Of a stretch of 64,000 nt of DNA, positions 9,891 to 18,534 are shown one piece after another. Made by a program: the position numbers and the translations under genes. The notes beneath the pieces are model-generated. The model ran no database searches, was not told the origin of the DNA, and worked only from the letters and a program-made list of their open reading frames with translations. The stretch is taken from NCBI GenBank assembly GCA_050012755.1, contig JBEKGO010000002.1:64001-128000 (forward strand). Direction: 5' to 3'. Positions within the stretch are counted from its first letter, which is position 1; the number at the start of each line of letters is the position of its first letter. Source of the stretch: Candidatus Bathyarchaeia archaeon. Lineage in GTDB: Archaea > Thermoproteota > Bathyarchaeia > Bathyarchaeales > Bathycorpusculaceae.

Positions 9891-10808
9891 GTGAACGCAT
9901 TGGCTCTTGATACTTCTTGTAGTTTGTCCGAATACCCACAGAACAGTTTGCGTTTTGGATTAATTGACTTAAAACCCATAGAATTTACTGAGAAAATAAA
10001 GTTAGGGAATGTGAAGTTTAGAGCAACAAGACTAAAGCTAGAGCCGACCAAACCGATCAGTTCTTTTCAGGATTTGGTAACTTTAGAAAATGATTTCATC
10101 GTCAACTCAATTAAAATTCCTAGCAGGTTTAATGCTCAAGAACTTTCGAGTTTCTTTTCTAAGATAAGTATAGATTATTTTGAGAAAGATACTGAGCTAA
10201 AGCAAGAAATTGAAAACATGAAAAGAAGAGATAGGAGAAGACCTTTTTTCACATTCGTTCAATTTATGAAAGAGAGGTTTGAATCCGACAGAGACGATAA
10301 TTTAGAAGCAGAAGCAAGGAGATTCTTAACGTCAAATTTTCCGCTTTCATTCTATAACAAGTTCACTGTATTTGACAATACATATTATGATTTTCTCAAA
10401 GTAATACAGGAGATAGTCAGGGCTCATGAATTTCTTGCTGTTTATTCGAGAAACTCTCAAATGTACGCAAAGAGAATTTCAGCAATGCAACATGATTTGG
10501 GGCCATTAATCGATAAATTTGATGGATGCTATTTGGCTTGTGCCACGCTTAAGAAATATGTAACAATTTGGAACTCGAAATCGATTGAGGATTTGGGCTG
10601 CCCTGAGTTTCTTGATTTCAAGAAGACAGACATTACCGATTTTGATCGTCTAAACAGTAACTTTAATCTTAAGTTGAGAGAACTAAGAGTTGCTCTTCTT
10701 GATCGCGATTCAAACATTTTGCGCAAATCTGTTGATCTTAAAGATCCAACTACTAAAATGTTCAGTAAACTTCTAGTTATGCCTTCCAGTTCTTTGAGCT
10801 TGGGGTAG
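9891..10808 (+). CDS. Hypothetical protein, partner of the downstream PIN gene
   Basis: 305-aa AT-rich ORF ending 5 bp before the PIN gene; no motif recognised. Confidence 0.65.
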   Translation: MNALALDTSCSLSEYPQNSLRFGLIDLKPIEFTEKIKLGNVKFRATRLKLEPTKPISSFQDLVTLENDFIVNSIKIPSRFNAQELSSFFSKISIDYFEKDTELKQEIENMKRRDRRRPFFTFVQFMKERFESDRDDNLEAEARRFLTSNFPLSFYNKFTVFDNTYYDFLKVIQEIVRAHEFLAVYSRNSQMYAKRISAMQHDLGPLIDKFDGCYLACATLKKYVTIWNSKSIEDLGCPEFLDFKKTDITDFDRLNSNFNLKLRELRVALLDRDSNILRKSVDLKDPTTKMFSKLLVMPSSSLSLG

Positions 10809-10813
10809 CATGC

Positions 10814-11578
10814 TTGAGTACTCCGACTGTGCCGCGCTGTTTTTTCTTGGATACAAACATCGTGATTTCAGATATTTTGAACGAAAACAACCTTCGTATA
10901 GGAAAAATGAAGGAAGATGCTCGTCTTAATAATATCCCATGTTACATTTCTGACTCCATAAAAACAGAAGTATATGGAAAAGTCACTAATACATGTAATT
11001 TCTTAGGAAACGCAGTAAGAGATACCGTGAAGGATGCCTTGGAAAATGCAAGGGCAAAGAGGGGTACTCCTGCAAATGCACCTATTGATAATGCCGATAT
11101 TAAGGCTTTGGAAGACTTATTTTGTATTTGTCATAGTCCTGCTAGAACGCAGAATCTGCCTTTAATTGGACCAGTGTTAGAAATCGAGCAATGGGCTGTA
11201 AAATTTATTGGGGATAAACTGAATGAGGGTGCCAAAATAACCATTGACGATTTTCTGGTTGAGATGTCTAAGAAATTACTTGCGACCACGAGTTTAATTG
11301 AAGATGTATATGATAACTTGGTCGAATTTGAAATGGGGTATATAAAGACCAAGACAATTCCTGTTACTCGACCCCTGGCAGACTTGATTTTCGACGTGGG
11401 GGTTCATAGTCCAGACAATGTTCATATCGCAGTTGCATTCACCTATCAGGTTTCAAACAATGAAAAAGTAGTATTTGTGACTCAAGATTATGGGATATTG
11501 GGTAAGAAAGACGACCTTTGGAATCATAGTATAAGAATAGAATTAAGCGATCCCTTGTATGCCTTTTATCATTTCTAG
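10814..11578 (+). CDS. PIN-domain nuclease with a large helical insertion
   Basis: FFLDTNIV, E in KTEV, PDNVHIAVA and FVTQD: the PIN acidic residues. Confidence 0.8.
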   Translation: MSTPTVPRCFFLDTNIVISDILNENNLRIGKMKEDARLNNIPCYISDSIKTEVYGKVTNTCNFLGNAVRDTVKDALENARAKRGTPANAPIDNADIKALEDLFCICHSPARTQNLPLIGPVLEIEQWAVKFIGDKLNEGAKITIDDFLVEMSKKLLATTSLIEDVYDNLVEFEMGYIKTKTIPVTRPLADLIFDVGVHSPDNVHIAVAFTYQVSNNEKVVFVTQDYGILGKKDDLWNHSIRIELSDPLYAFYHF

Positions 11579-11595
11579 GCTATTAGAATTCTTAG

Positions 11596-11717
11596 TTATG
11601 ATAGGGCTTTCTTCTCAATAATTATCTGTTTCCTTCGGCCCACATTTCGAGAGCATCACCTGGAAAGAGTTTATTTCTTCTATCTGGATCGTCGATTAGA
11701 TTCTTGGCCCAGCTCAA
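11596..11717 (-). pseudogene. Frameshifted AbrB-like remnant
   Basis: Manual translation LFPGDALEMWAEGN / IIIEKK across a 1-nt shift resembles the C-half of the AbrB at 12089-12250. Confidence 0.4.
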
Positions 11718-11734
11718 ACAGTCTCACTTTGATA

Positions 11735-12076
11735 CTATTTTTTCTTTTCTTTTTTGGTTGTCTTTGGTTTACGCCAGGGCTTTCCGCTTGAAAGGAAATC
11801 GTCATCAAATAAGTCTTGAAGAGTGTCGTTTGGACGCCCTCTCGGAATTTCTTTACCCAAAGTTCTCACCTGAACACGTTCAACTATTGCCTTCTTCAAA
11901 GCTGCTAGGGTTTCAGTGTCCTCTTGATAAAACAAAGTACGACTTGTTTTGTCTCCTCTTTCGCCTTTGAGAAAGACAAAGTTTTCAAGAACCTGCCCTA
12001 GCCTCCAATCAGGAAACGCTTCCCAAATAGTTTTCAAAGCCTCAAGAACTTCAGAAATACGTTTAGGGTCTCTCAT
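11735..12076 (-). CDS. MRDPxRI-type phage/MGE hypothetical protein (YihD/DUF1040-like)
   Basis: MRDPKRISEVLEALKTIWEAFPDWRLGQVL pattern. Confidence 0.6.
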   Translation of the reverse strand: MRDPKRISEVLEALKTIWEAFPDWRLGQVLENFVFLKGERGDKTSRTLFYQEDTETLAALKKAIVERVQVRTLGKEIPRGRPNDTLQDLFDDDFLSSGKPWRKPKTTKKEKKK

Positions 12077-12088
12077 AACAATTCATCC

Positions 12089-12250
12089 CTATTTCTTCTT
12101 CTCAAGAATAACGTGGCTGTTGTCAGACCACATTGAAACTGTGTCACCTTTCTTTAACTCAAGGTGTCTGGATAGTTCTTTCGGAATTGTGATCTTCAGA
12201 CTGTTACCAACTTGAACGACTTTGATTTCAAACTTCACTGGCATACTCAT
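12089..12250 (-). CDS. AbrB/MazE/SpoVT-family DNA-binding protein (53 aa, absent from the ORF track)
   Basis: Manual translation: MSMPVKFEIKVVQVGNSLKITIPKELSRHLELKKGDTVSMWSDNSHVILEKKK; GGTGA upstream. Confidence 0.85.
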   Translation of the reverse strand: MSMPVKFEIKVVQVGNSLKITIPKELSRHLELKKGDTVSMWSDNSHVILEKKK

Positions 12251-12267
12251 GACCTTTTCACCTTCTT

Positions 12268-12338
12268 GGATATTCTTAGGATATACTTAAATATAAGGAT
12301 ATCCAACAGATATAAATGCGGATATCCATAATATATCC
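12268..12338. promoter_or_regulatory. Operator-like GGATAT(CC) repeats in a divergent promoter region
   Basis: GGATAT at 12268 and 12279; palindromic GGATATCC at 12297 and 12320; ATATCC at 12333. Confidence 0.6.
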
Positions 12339-12356
12339 TTTAAGGAGAAAACTAAA

Positions 12357-12623
12357 ATGTCTAAAGAACAGAACGATTTTAAAACCGATATTGAGAAGCT
12401 CCATGAATCGCTAAGCTGCCAACATTGCAGACACAACGAAAAAGGTCAAGAACCCTTTGATGAAATGAAACAGATAAAGCTAACACCACTTGCAGACAAA
12501 GCGCTCCAACAGACAGCAAAACAATTCTGTGTAGAACCTGATTGCGTACTCTGTCTTTCAGTCCAGAGTTTTCTTAAATTGCCTTGGAACAAACAGCTAG
12601 ACCTTCTCAAAGGAAAGAACTAA
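12357..12623 (+). CDS. Small Cys-containing protein with a possible RHH segment
   Basis: CQHC and CVLC motifs; QIKLTPLADKALQQTAKQF is RHH-like; GGAG SD. Confidence 0.65.
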   Translation: MSKEQNDFKTDIEKLHESLSCQHCRHNEKGQEPFDEMKQIKLTPLADKALQQTAKQFCVEPDCVLCLSVQSFLKLPWNKQLDLLKGKN

Positions 12624-12639
12624 CCTGGAGACAAAAACA

Positions 12640-12882
12640 ATGTCAAAACAATTACTAAAAGACAAAGAAAAATTCATGTTAGAAGGCGCGCTAGGATATG
12701 CCCGAAGAATCTGTGACAAGATAGAGGATAAAACAACCGTGGAAGAAATTAACCAAATGGTTCAAAATGATGTAGGAGCAATAAGTGGCGCTCTATCAAG
12801 TCACTGCAAACAAGGCTTAATGTTTGCTGGAATGGAATGCGGTCTTTTCGAAGATCACTTACCACAATCAGATAAAAGCTAA
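12640..12882 (+). CDS. Hypothetical protein
   Basis: GGAG SD and ATG; co-oriented with the 12357 ORF. Confidence 0.6.
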   Translation: MSKQLLKDKEKFMLEGALGYARRICDKIEDKTTVEEINQMVQNDVGAISGALSSHCKQGLMFAGMECGLFEDHLPQSDKS

Positions 12883-12914
12883 GTATTGCATGCAATACTT
12901 CCCATTTTCTTTTT

Positions 12915-13103
12915 TTATTCTGGATAAACCAATTTACTGCCACACATCGGGCAGTCTAAAGGCAGCTTGTTTTGAATGTTCATTAGTTCATATGAGCATA
13001 GAAAACAGAAGTAGATTTGGCATTTTGGACAATGCTTAGAAGCCCCACCAATCATTCTTCCGCAAGCGTCACAAGATCTTTCCAAATTAACCATAACTCT
13101 CAA
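12915..13103 (-). CDS. Stand-alone C4C4 RING-like zinc-finger protein
   Basis: Four CxxC pairs: CDAC, CPKC, CFLC, CPMC. Confidence 0.7.
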   Translation of the reverse strand: MRVMVNLERSCDACGRMIGGASKHCPKCQIYFCFLCSYELMNIQNKLPLDCPMCGSKLVYPE

Positions 13104-13227
13104 TCAAAATAATGGATAGATAAAGCGGAGGGTGAAACTAACTTTCTGAACAGAGGAGACCTAAGCAAAAGTGAATATTGGCTTGGTAATAAGTCTTAAA
13201 TTTGAATAGCGTTGAAATAGACTGAAC

Positions 13228-13770
13228 ATGGTTAGGTCAGAAGAAGTTAAGGCTTCCATGTTGCAATGTTTTCCTAAATGTCCAATTTGTTACCAAACCA
13301 AAGGTTACGATGTTCTTGGTGCGAACAAAGATTATGTCTCATGTAAAAAATGCTGTGCAACTTGGCAATCAGATGATTTTAGTAAAAATGAAAAGCTGAG
13401 CACGCTGAGACTTACTCAACCTTCAAAAGAAGGAGTTGGGCGTCTTCTTTTAGGCAAAACATTTTCAGTTGATTATTGGCAAAATTGGCGAGAGGAGTTG
13501 AAAGCCAAATTAGCCCCTCAGGAACACGCTAGGGCTAATTCTTTGCTTCAATGCGATAATGCAATATTGACAAATAATGAGTTTCTTTATCGTTCAAATG
13601 ATGAGATATTCGAGACTTCTTGGCATTTTCGATTTGACGGTTTAAACGTGGGCTTAAAGCTAACCCTTGCACTATGTACAAATCATGATTATAGCTCGAG
13701 GTTCCCCAAGAACAATTGCTTTCAGTGCCTACTGAATCTAAATCGAGAAAATGGTTCGTTTTTCCGTTAA
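13228..13770 (+). CDS. Zinc-ribbon hypothetical protein (C-terminus possibly degenerate)
   Basis: CPIC...CKKC at the N-terminus. Confidence 0.55.
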   Translation: MVRSEEVKASMLQCFPKCPICYQTKGYDVLGANKDYVSCKKCCATWQSDDFSKNEKLSTLRLTQPSKEGVGRLLLGKTFSVDYWQNWREELKAKLAPQEHARANSLLQCDNAILTNNEFLYRSNDEIFETSWHFRFDGLNVGLKLTLALCTNHDYSSRFPKNNCFQCLLNLNRENGSFFR

Positions 13771-13943
13771 ATTTTGACCGAGAAGCGTTGATAGAGTAGA
13801 ATTATCAGAAAGCGTTTCTGGTGAGTCATCTGCAGTAAGTGCTTTAAATTGGACGGCATTGCCAGAATAACGCCATAGAAAGTTTTTTAAAGAAAGCCAT
13901 CAGAAATAAGAGAACATAAATTCAAAAGGAGAGAAAAATTGAA

Positions 13944-14786
13944 TTGAAAAGAACAGTATTTTTGGCAGTTCTGACGCTTATGTTATGTCTTTTGGCTCCT
14001 TTAGCTGCAGTAGGGATTGTACAGGCTCAAGCATCTGGTGGCACACACGTTGACTACGAGACTTCAAATGCGCCAACGATAGATGGAAAATGGACCTCAG
14101 GTACAGAGTGGACAGATGGCAAAAGAGAAAACATAGGATCCAGCGCTATATTCTATGACATGTGGACATATGGCACAACTGTTAATGAAAACATCATCAT
14201 AGAAACATTGGATAATACCAACGACGCAGGGGACTACGTTCAAATATGCTTTGATGGCGCAAACAACTTGGGCTCAAGTCCACAGACAGATGATTTCTTA
14301 GTAAACGTCACTGGTCATTCAACATGTACTTGGTACGAAGGAACAGGCTCAACTTGGTCAGCAATTGCGACGCCTGATTCGTCAATATTTTCATTTGCTC
14401 AAACCCTCGGCACATCCCCAGTCTACGGCACAACTCAACACTATATGACAGAATTCTCATTCAACAAGCAGGGCGTTGTAAATGGGCAGTCATTTCTCGC
14501 CATACAATTCAACATGAGAATTGCAGTTTATGATGCACATTCAGGAGGCCTCGGAGCTGCAGCATTTCCAGCAAGCAGCACCGCTAATAATCCATCTGGC
14601 TGGGAGTACATAGACTACAGCTCGAACACTAATTCGCCCACAGATCCACTTCCAATACCTGAAAGCTTGAGCGTTGGCGTCATAATGGTGTTATCTGTCG
14701 TAGCGGTCGTGGCTGGCGCGATGATTTTAAGCAAACGGTCCAAAATAGCAGAACTTGCGGGTAAACAAAAATCAGTTATTGCATAA
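13944..14786 (+). CDS. Secreted surface protein with a DOMON/CBM9-like domain and C-terminal IPE(S)-TM-basic anchor
   Basis: Signal peptide; PTIDG..W..EW.D; PIPESLS followed by a TM helix and KRSK. Confidence 0.75.
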   Translation: MKRTVFLAVLTLMLCLLAPLAAVGIVQAQASGGTHVDYETSNAPTIDGKWTSGTEWTDGKRENIGSSAIFYDMWTYGTTVNENIIIETLDNTNDAGDYVQICFDGANNLGSSPQTDDFLVNVTGHSTCTWYEGTGSTWSAIATPDSSIFSFAQTLGTSPVYGTTQHYMTEFSFNKQGVVNGQSFLAIQFNMRIAVYDAHSGGLGAAAFPASSTANNPSGWEYIDYSSNTNSPTDPLPIPESLSVGVIMVLSVVAVVAGAMILSKRSKIAELAGKQKSVIA

Positions 14787-14876
14787 GAAATTCGAGTTTC
14801 CCTCTTTTCTTTTTTGGAAATATTCTGAGGGTAATTGACAAAAAATAAAAGTACAAAGCGCACATTATTCAATTAA

Positions 14877-15587
14877 ATGTCTGTTAACGGCAAAAGATTT
14901 ATAGAGTTACTTAAAAAGCGTGAGAAACTTGAAGGCCTAAGGATTGCTAATATGCAACGAAACCTAGCAGTTTCATTGTATGCTGTGAGAAAAAATCTTG
15001 AAGATTTAACATTTCTAATAAACAAATATGAGAGTAATTTGGAACTGTGGAGCGTTGAAAACAGAGACAAATATGAGGAAGGCCTTTGGGAACTTCATAG
15101 GTTACTTCAGAATTACCTTTCAAGCATCTATTCTCTTATACAGCATACTGTGAAATTCTGCAGGGATTTAAATTGTGCTGAGCTTGACAGTGCCTATCGA
15201 AAAAAGAAAGACGAATTATTAAATTGGGACTGCGCAAAATTCGTCAGGGATTTGAGAACTTTTTCGGAACATATCGGGTTGCCTCTGTTAAAAGGAGTCA
15301 TTAACATTTCAAAAACAGAGTTTAAACAGTCAATATTGTTACAGAAGGACGAATTACTTAAGTGGCAAAATTGGAGCAATTCTTCCAAGAGGTACATAGC
15401 TTCAAAAAAAGAAATTGATTTAATGACTATCCTAAAAGAATATCAAGGGTTGATAGCGGACTTCTATCTGTGGTTTTATAAGAAAACCTGTCAAATTTAT
15501 GAAAAGCAACTTGCAGAGTTATCAATAATTGAAATTGAACTGAGTCGATGTGGTCCTCAATCTGGCACTCCAAGAAATACCGTGTAA
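14877..15587 (+). CDS. Putative HEPN-domain ribonuclease
   Basis: Helical protein with an Rx4H motif (DLRTFSEH) and an upstream HRLLQNYLSS...LIQH helix. Confidence 0.6.
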   Translation: MSVNGKRFIELLKKREKLEGLRIANMQRNLAVSLYAVRKNLEDLTFLINKYESNLELWSVENRDKYEEGLWELHRLLQNYLSSIYSLIQHTVKFCRDLNCAELDSAYRKKKDELLNWDCAKFVRDLRTFSEHIGLPLLKGVINISKTEFKQSILLQKDELLKWQNWSNSSKRYIASKKEIDLMTILKEYQGLIADFYLWFYKKTCQIYEKQLAELSIIEIELSRCGPQSGTPRNTV

Positions 15588-15690
15588 AAACTCTTTTTAG
15601 AACACTATCCATATCGGAAGACCTATTTCTAACTCAATATACCCACTCTAACAGCCACAAAAATGTGAGAGCTGGAAAAAAAGAAAAGAG

Positions 15691-15915
15691 TTATGTTGGC
15701 CTAAATGTTGGTTCTTCTTGAATCTTAACCAGAAAACTATTTTCACCTTTTATTATGAAATAGAGACTGGTGTCTTTTTCAAATTGGAAATACTGAACTA
15801 ACTCTTCTGGAAGTTCAACAAAGAGTTTGCCCTGTTTGCCTTTGATTTCTTCTATTCTTTTGAATCTCTCTTTATCCTCAGTCGAAGTCAAATTTTTTAC
15901 CAAGTTATTCACCAC
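15691..15915 (-). CDS. AbrB-like small protein
   Basis: LFVELPEELVQYFQFEKDTSLYF swapped-hairpin pattern; GGTG SD. Confidence 0.6.
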   Translation of the reverse strand: MVNNLVKNLTSTEDKERFKRIEEIKGKQGKLFVELPEELVQYFQFEKDTSLYFIIKGENSFLVKIQEEPTFRPT

Positions 15916-16002
15916 CTTGAAATCGCATCACATCTAACAGAAAAAAGGGAAAAAAGAAAGCAGTTAGTAACTTATTTCTAAATTGTTTCAAGTTTTTCAC
16001 CG

Positions 16003-16116
16003 TTATTTTGCCTTCCTTCTTCTATGCTTTTTGCTTCCGAAAAACAACGCATACCACACGGTAAGACCGATGCCAATCACCGAAATTAGAATCAACCAAG
16101 CTGCGAGATTAACCAA
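16003..16116 (-). CDS. 37-aa single-TM microprotein with a basic C-tail (absent from the ORF track)
   Basis: Manual translation: MVNLAAWLILISVIGIGLTVWYALFFGSKKHRRRKAK; GGAG SD just after the 16130 stop. Confidence 0.6.
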   Translation of the reverse strand: MVNLAAWLILISVIGIGLTVWYALFFGSKKHRRRKAK

Positions 16117-16129
16117 TTTTTGCCATCTC

Positions 16130-16879
16130 CTAAAGGGGAACTATAGTGTAACCGTTCATTTCCAAGTCACTCTTGAGACTCTCAATGTAGTCTGAAACTG
16201 CAGGATTGTTAACGGTTTGCATCAATTCTCTTTGCGCTTTTCGCAAATAGCCACCTTCTCGTAGCTCGGTTAGTTCTGGGGTTGTTTCTCCTAAGGCTTG
16301 GTCCGGAACTCGGGCTTGATCTTCCATGAACATTTGAACCGCTAGATCCTTGATTTCTTGGGCTGTTGGCATTGACGGTTTTATTGGCCTTCCATATTCG
16401 TCTGTTTTGATCTCTTCAGTCTTCGATCCCGTTTTGATTTCAGCCTCTAAGTCTTTAGCAGCTTCTTTTTCGACTTTCTCAAGTTCCTTCGCATCATTCT
16501 TGACGATTCTATAACGTTTGGTTGCTTTCTTTTGGTTAGGCTCTTTCAATTCAACGTTAACTTTGCGTCTGGAAGCAGCTTTAGCAATTACCAAAGATTG
16601 CAGTTTTCGATTCTTCTCGTTCAAATTGAGCTTTTGGTCGACTTGAGGCGCATCAAAACATTGAGGTGCTGACAGCCAAACTTCAAGATTAGGCGCTAAC
16701 GGTGCTTCTTTTGCTAAATCTGCTCGTTGGCTCTGTTCGCTTCTGCTTTCAAAAGCAATTTTCGCTAACCGCTTATCTCTAGCGCTGAAACCTGAACGCT
16801 TACCACCACCACCAAAACTCGATTTAGAACGGCGCTGATTGCCGTAATTTGAACCTTTAGACCTGTTTGGATAACTCAA
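16130..16879 (-). CDS. Hypothetical protein with a basic Gly/Ser/Arg-rich N-terminus
   Basis: 249-aa ORF with GGAG SD before TTG. Confidence 0.7.
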   Translation of the reverse strand: MSYPNRSKGSNYGNQRRSKSSFGGGGKRSGFSARDKRLAKIAFESRSEQSQRADLAKEAPLAPNLEVWLSAPQCFDAPQVDQKLNLNEKNRKLQSLVIAKAASRRKVNVELKEPNQKKATKRYRIVKNDAKELEKVEKEAAKDLEAEIKTGSKTEEIKTDEYGRPIKPSMPTAQEIKDLAVQMFMEDQARVPDQALGETTPELTELREGGYLRKAQRELMQTVNNPAVSDYIESLKSDLEMNGYTIVPL

Positions 16880-17135
16880 ATCAAAACAACTCCATTAGTT
16901 TTAGACAGAAAAAAGGTACTGAAAACCGATGAAAATTGAAAGTTAAAGCCCTTTTTTTCTTTTGCTCGGTCTTCAGTACCCAAACGGAGAGTACGGAGAT
17001 CACAGAACTTCTAAGCATGGCTGAGAGTACCAGATTTCTCACAAGAAACTGATTCCATCCCTCGAAGATTCTCTGCAACACATCCGATACTCTCAAAGTC
17101 TTGAGGTTTATTATCACTTTTAAGTTATTTGAAAG

Positions 17136-18035
17136 TCATTTCGACTGAGTTGTCATAGTTTCTATTTTTCCCTTAAGAAAATTACCCCATTCCAGTGTTG
17201 CTTGAGCAGCTTGAAACACATAATCAACATAAGAAGACAAGTATTTGTTCAAATCAGGTTCTTCTCTAATAACCTGCAGCCAGGTATCCAAAGCCAAATC
17301 TGGACTAAAATTAGGGTCATAATCAATTCCATATTGTTTAAAAAACTGTTTCAAGTCTTCTGGATCATCTTTTGACCAATTGTATTCATCTCGGACATAC
17401 GAAATATATTCAATAAGCCAATTTACCGTAAACTCTCTGAATTCCTCAGTGTCTAATTCTTTTTCTGCACTACCCAAATGAGCAATAAGAACAAGGAAAT
17501 TATCAGCAACACCTTTACCAAATTTTTGCTCAAGATATTTCCACTTACCAAACAAGGCTGGGTCAATATTACCCCAAATTTCAGCTATTTTGCCGATTTC
17601 TTCCCTGTCTTTCGGTTCCAACGGGCAATAATATAGTTGCAGTACTGATAAACAGAGCCCTGAACGAGTGAGGCTATACTCTAACATAGGATTGCCAAAA
17701 TACTTCCTTTTTTCTTTACCCGTAAGCATTCCCCCTTTCTCTAAGTCTGAGATTGCTCCATATACAGTGCCATGCCCAATAGTTACTTTTTTCTTGATTC
17801 CTTTTTTGTTTTCTGCTCCTTTGGGAAATGTCTCATGAAGCCATTTGTTTATGGCTCGTTCAATCTGGAGTTTAGTCTGTTTTTCTCTAGTCAATGCTAT
17901 CTGTCTCAAAACTACCCTTTGGCTGCCCATTATTTCAGATGTTTTGTAGAATTTGTCACCAAATATTCCATATAGAAAAGTGTTTCTTTCTATCAGTTGA
18001 CGTTTTTCGAGGAAATCCACACTGGCTCGCCTCAT
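17136..18035 (-). CDS. Putative winged-helix transcriptional regulator
   Basis: TVYGAISDLEKGGML...EYSLTRSGL resembles a wHTH recognition helix and wing; divergent from the AbrB operon. Start 18035 or 18077. Confidence 0.65.
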   Translation of the reverse strand: MRRASVDFLEKRQLIERNTFLYGIFGDKFYKTSEIMGSQRVVLRQIALTREKQTKLQIERAINKWLHETFPKGAENKKGIKKKVTIGHGTVYGAISDLEKGGMLTGKEKRKYFGNPMLEYSLTRSGLCLSVLQLYYCPLEPKDREEIGKIAEIWGNIDPALFGKWKYLEQKFGKGVADNFLVLIAHLGSAEKELDTEEFREFTVNWLIEYISYVRDEYNWSKDDPEDLKQFFKQYGIDYDPNFSPDLALDTWLQVIREEPDLNKYLSSYVDYVFQAAQATLEWGNFLKGKIETMTTQSK

Positions 18036-18041
18036 TTTATA

Positions 18042-18105
18042 TGTCAGTTTTTTGTGTATGTCATTGACAAATGACATATATAAAAGTATGTACGCAGTAC
18101 TGACA
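18042..18105. promoter_or_regulatory. Operator: perfect 9-4-9 inverted repeat TATGTCATT-GACA-AATGACATA (18057-18078) plus flanking TGTCA/TGACA half-sites
   Basis: Directly visible; abuts a TATATAAA box between divergent regulators. Confidence 0.7.
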
Positions 18106-18122
18106 AGGAAGCATAAGAGAAC

Positions 18123-18368
18123 GTGCCAATAATCAGAAAATTAATCCCATGTGGTCACAGCCAAAGCGTAACCTTGCCTAAAACATGGCTGCAAATGGCT
18201 GAAGAAAAAGAAGGCAAAAAGATTGTGGCTGTTGCTATGGAAGTGAACGGCTGTCTAACCATAAATCCAATTTTTGATAAAGAAAAAAAGGCTGAAGAGT
18301 CTCCAGACAAGGCAGCTTCAGCCTTAGACCACAACTCACACCAAGAAGATGCGATTGCTATTGAGTAA
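18123..18368 (+). CDS. AbrB/MazE-like DNA-binding protein
   Basis: MPIIRKLIPCGHSQSVTLPKTW. Confidence 0.75.
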   Translation: MPIIRKLIPCGHSQSVTLPKTWLQMAEEKEGKKIVAVAMEVNGCLTINPIFDKEKKAEESPDKAASALDHNSHQEDAIAIE

Positions 18369-18534
18369 ACCCTCAAATTCCCTTTTAAATAATTTGGCAC
18401 TTAAGACGAAACCTAAGATCGCTTGCTTATGGTTGATACATGAACCTGGACCCCATGTAGACTGTCCATATGAGAAGGATGGATTTTGCACTAACAAAAA
18501 GTATTGTAACCAAAAGGGGGTTTGGCCTCGTTGA
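18349..18534 (+). CDS. Cys-rich microprotein
   Basis: C..H...CPYEKDGFC...C; overlaps its neighbours. Start may be 18361. Confidence 0.5.
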   Translation: MRLLLSKPSNSLLNNLALKTKPKIACLWLIHEPGPHVDCPYEKDGFCTNKKYCNQKGVWPR

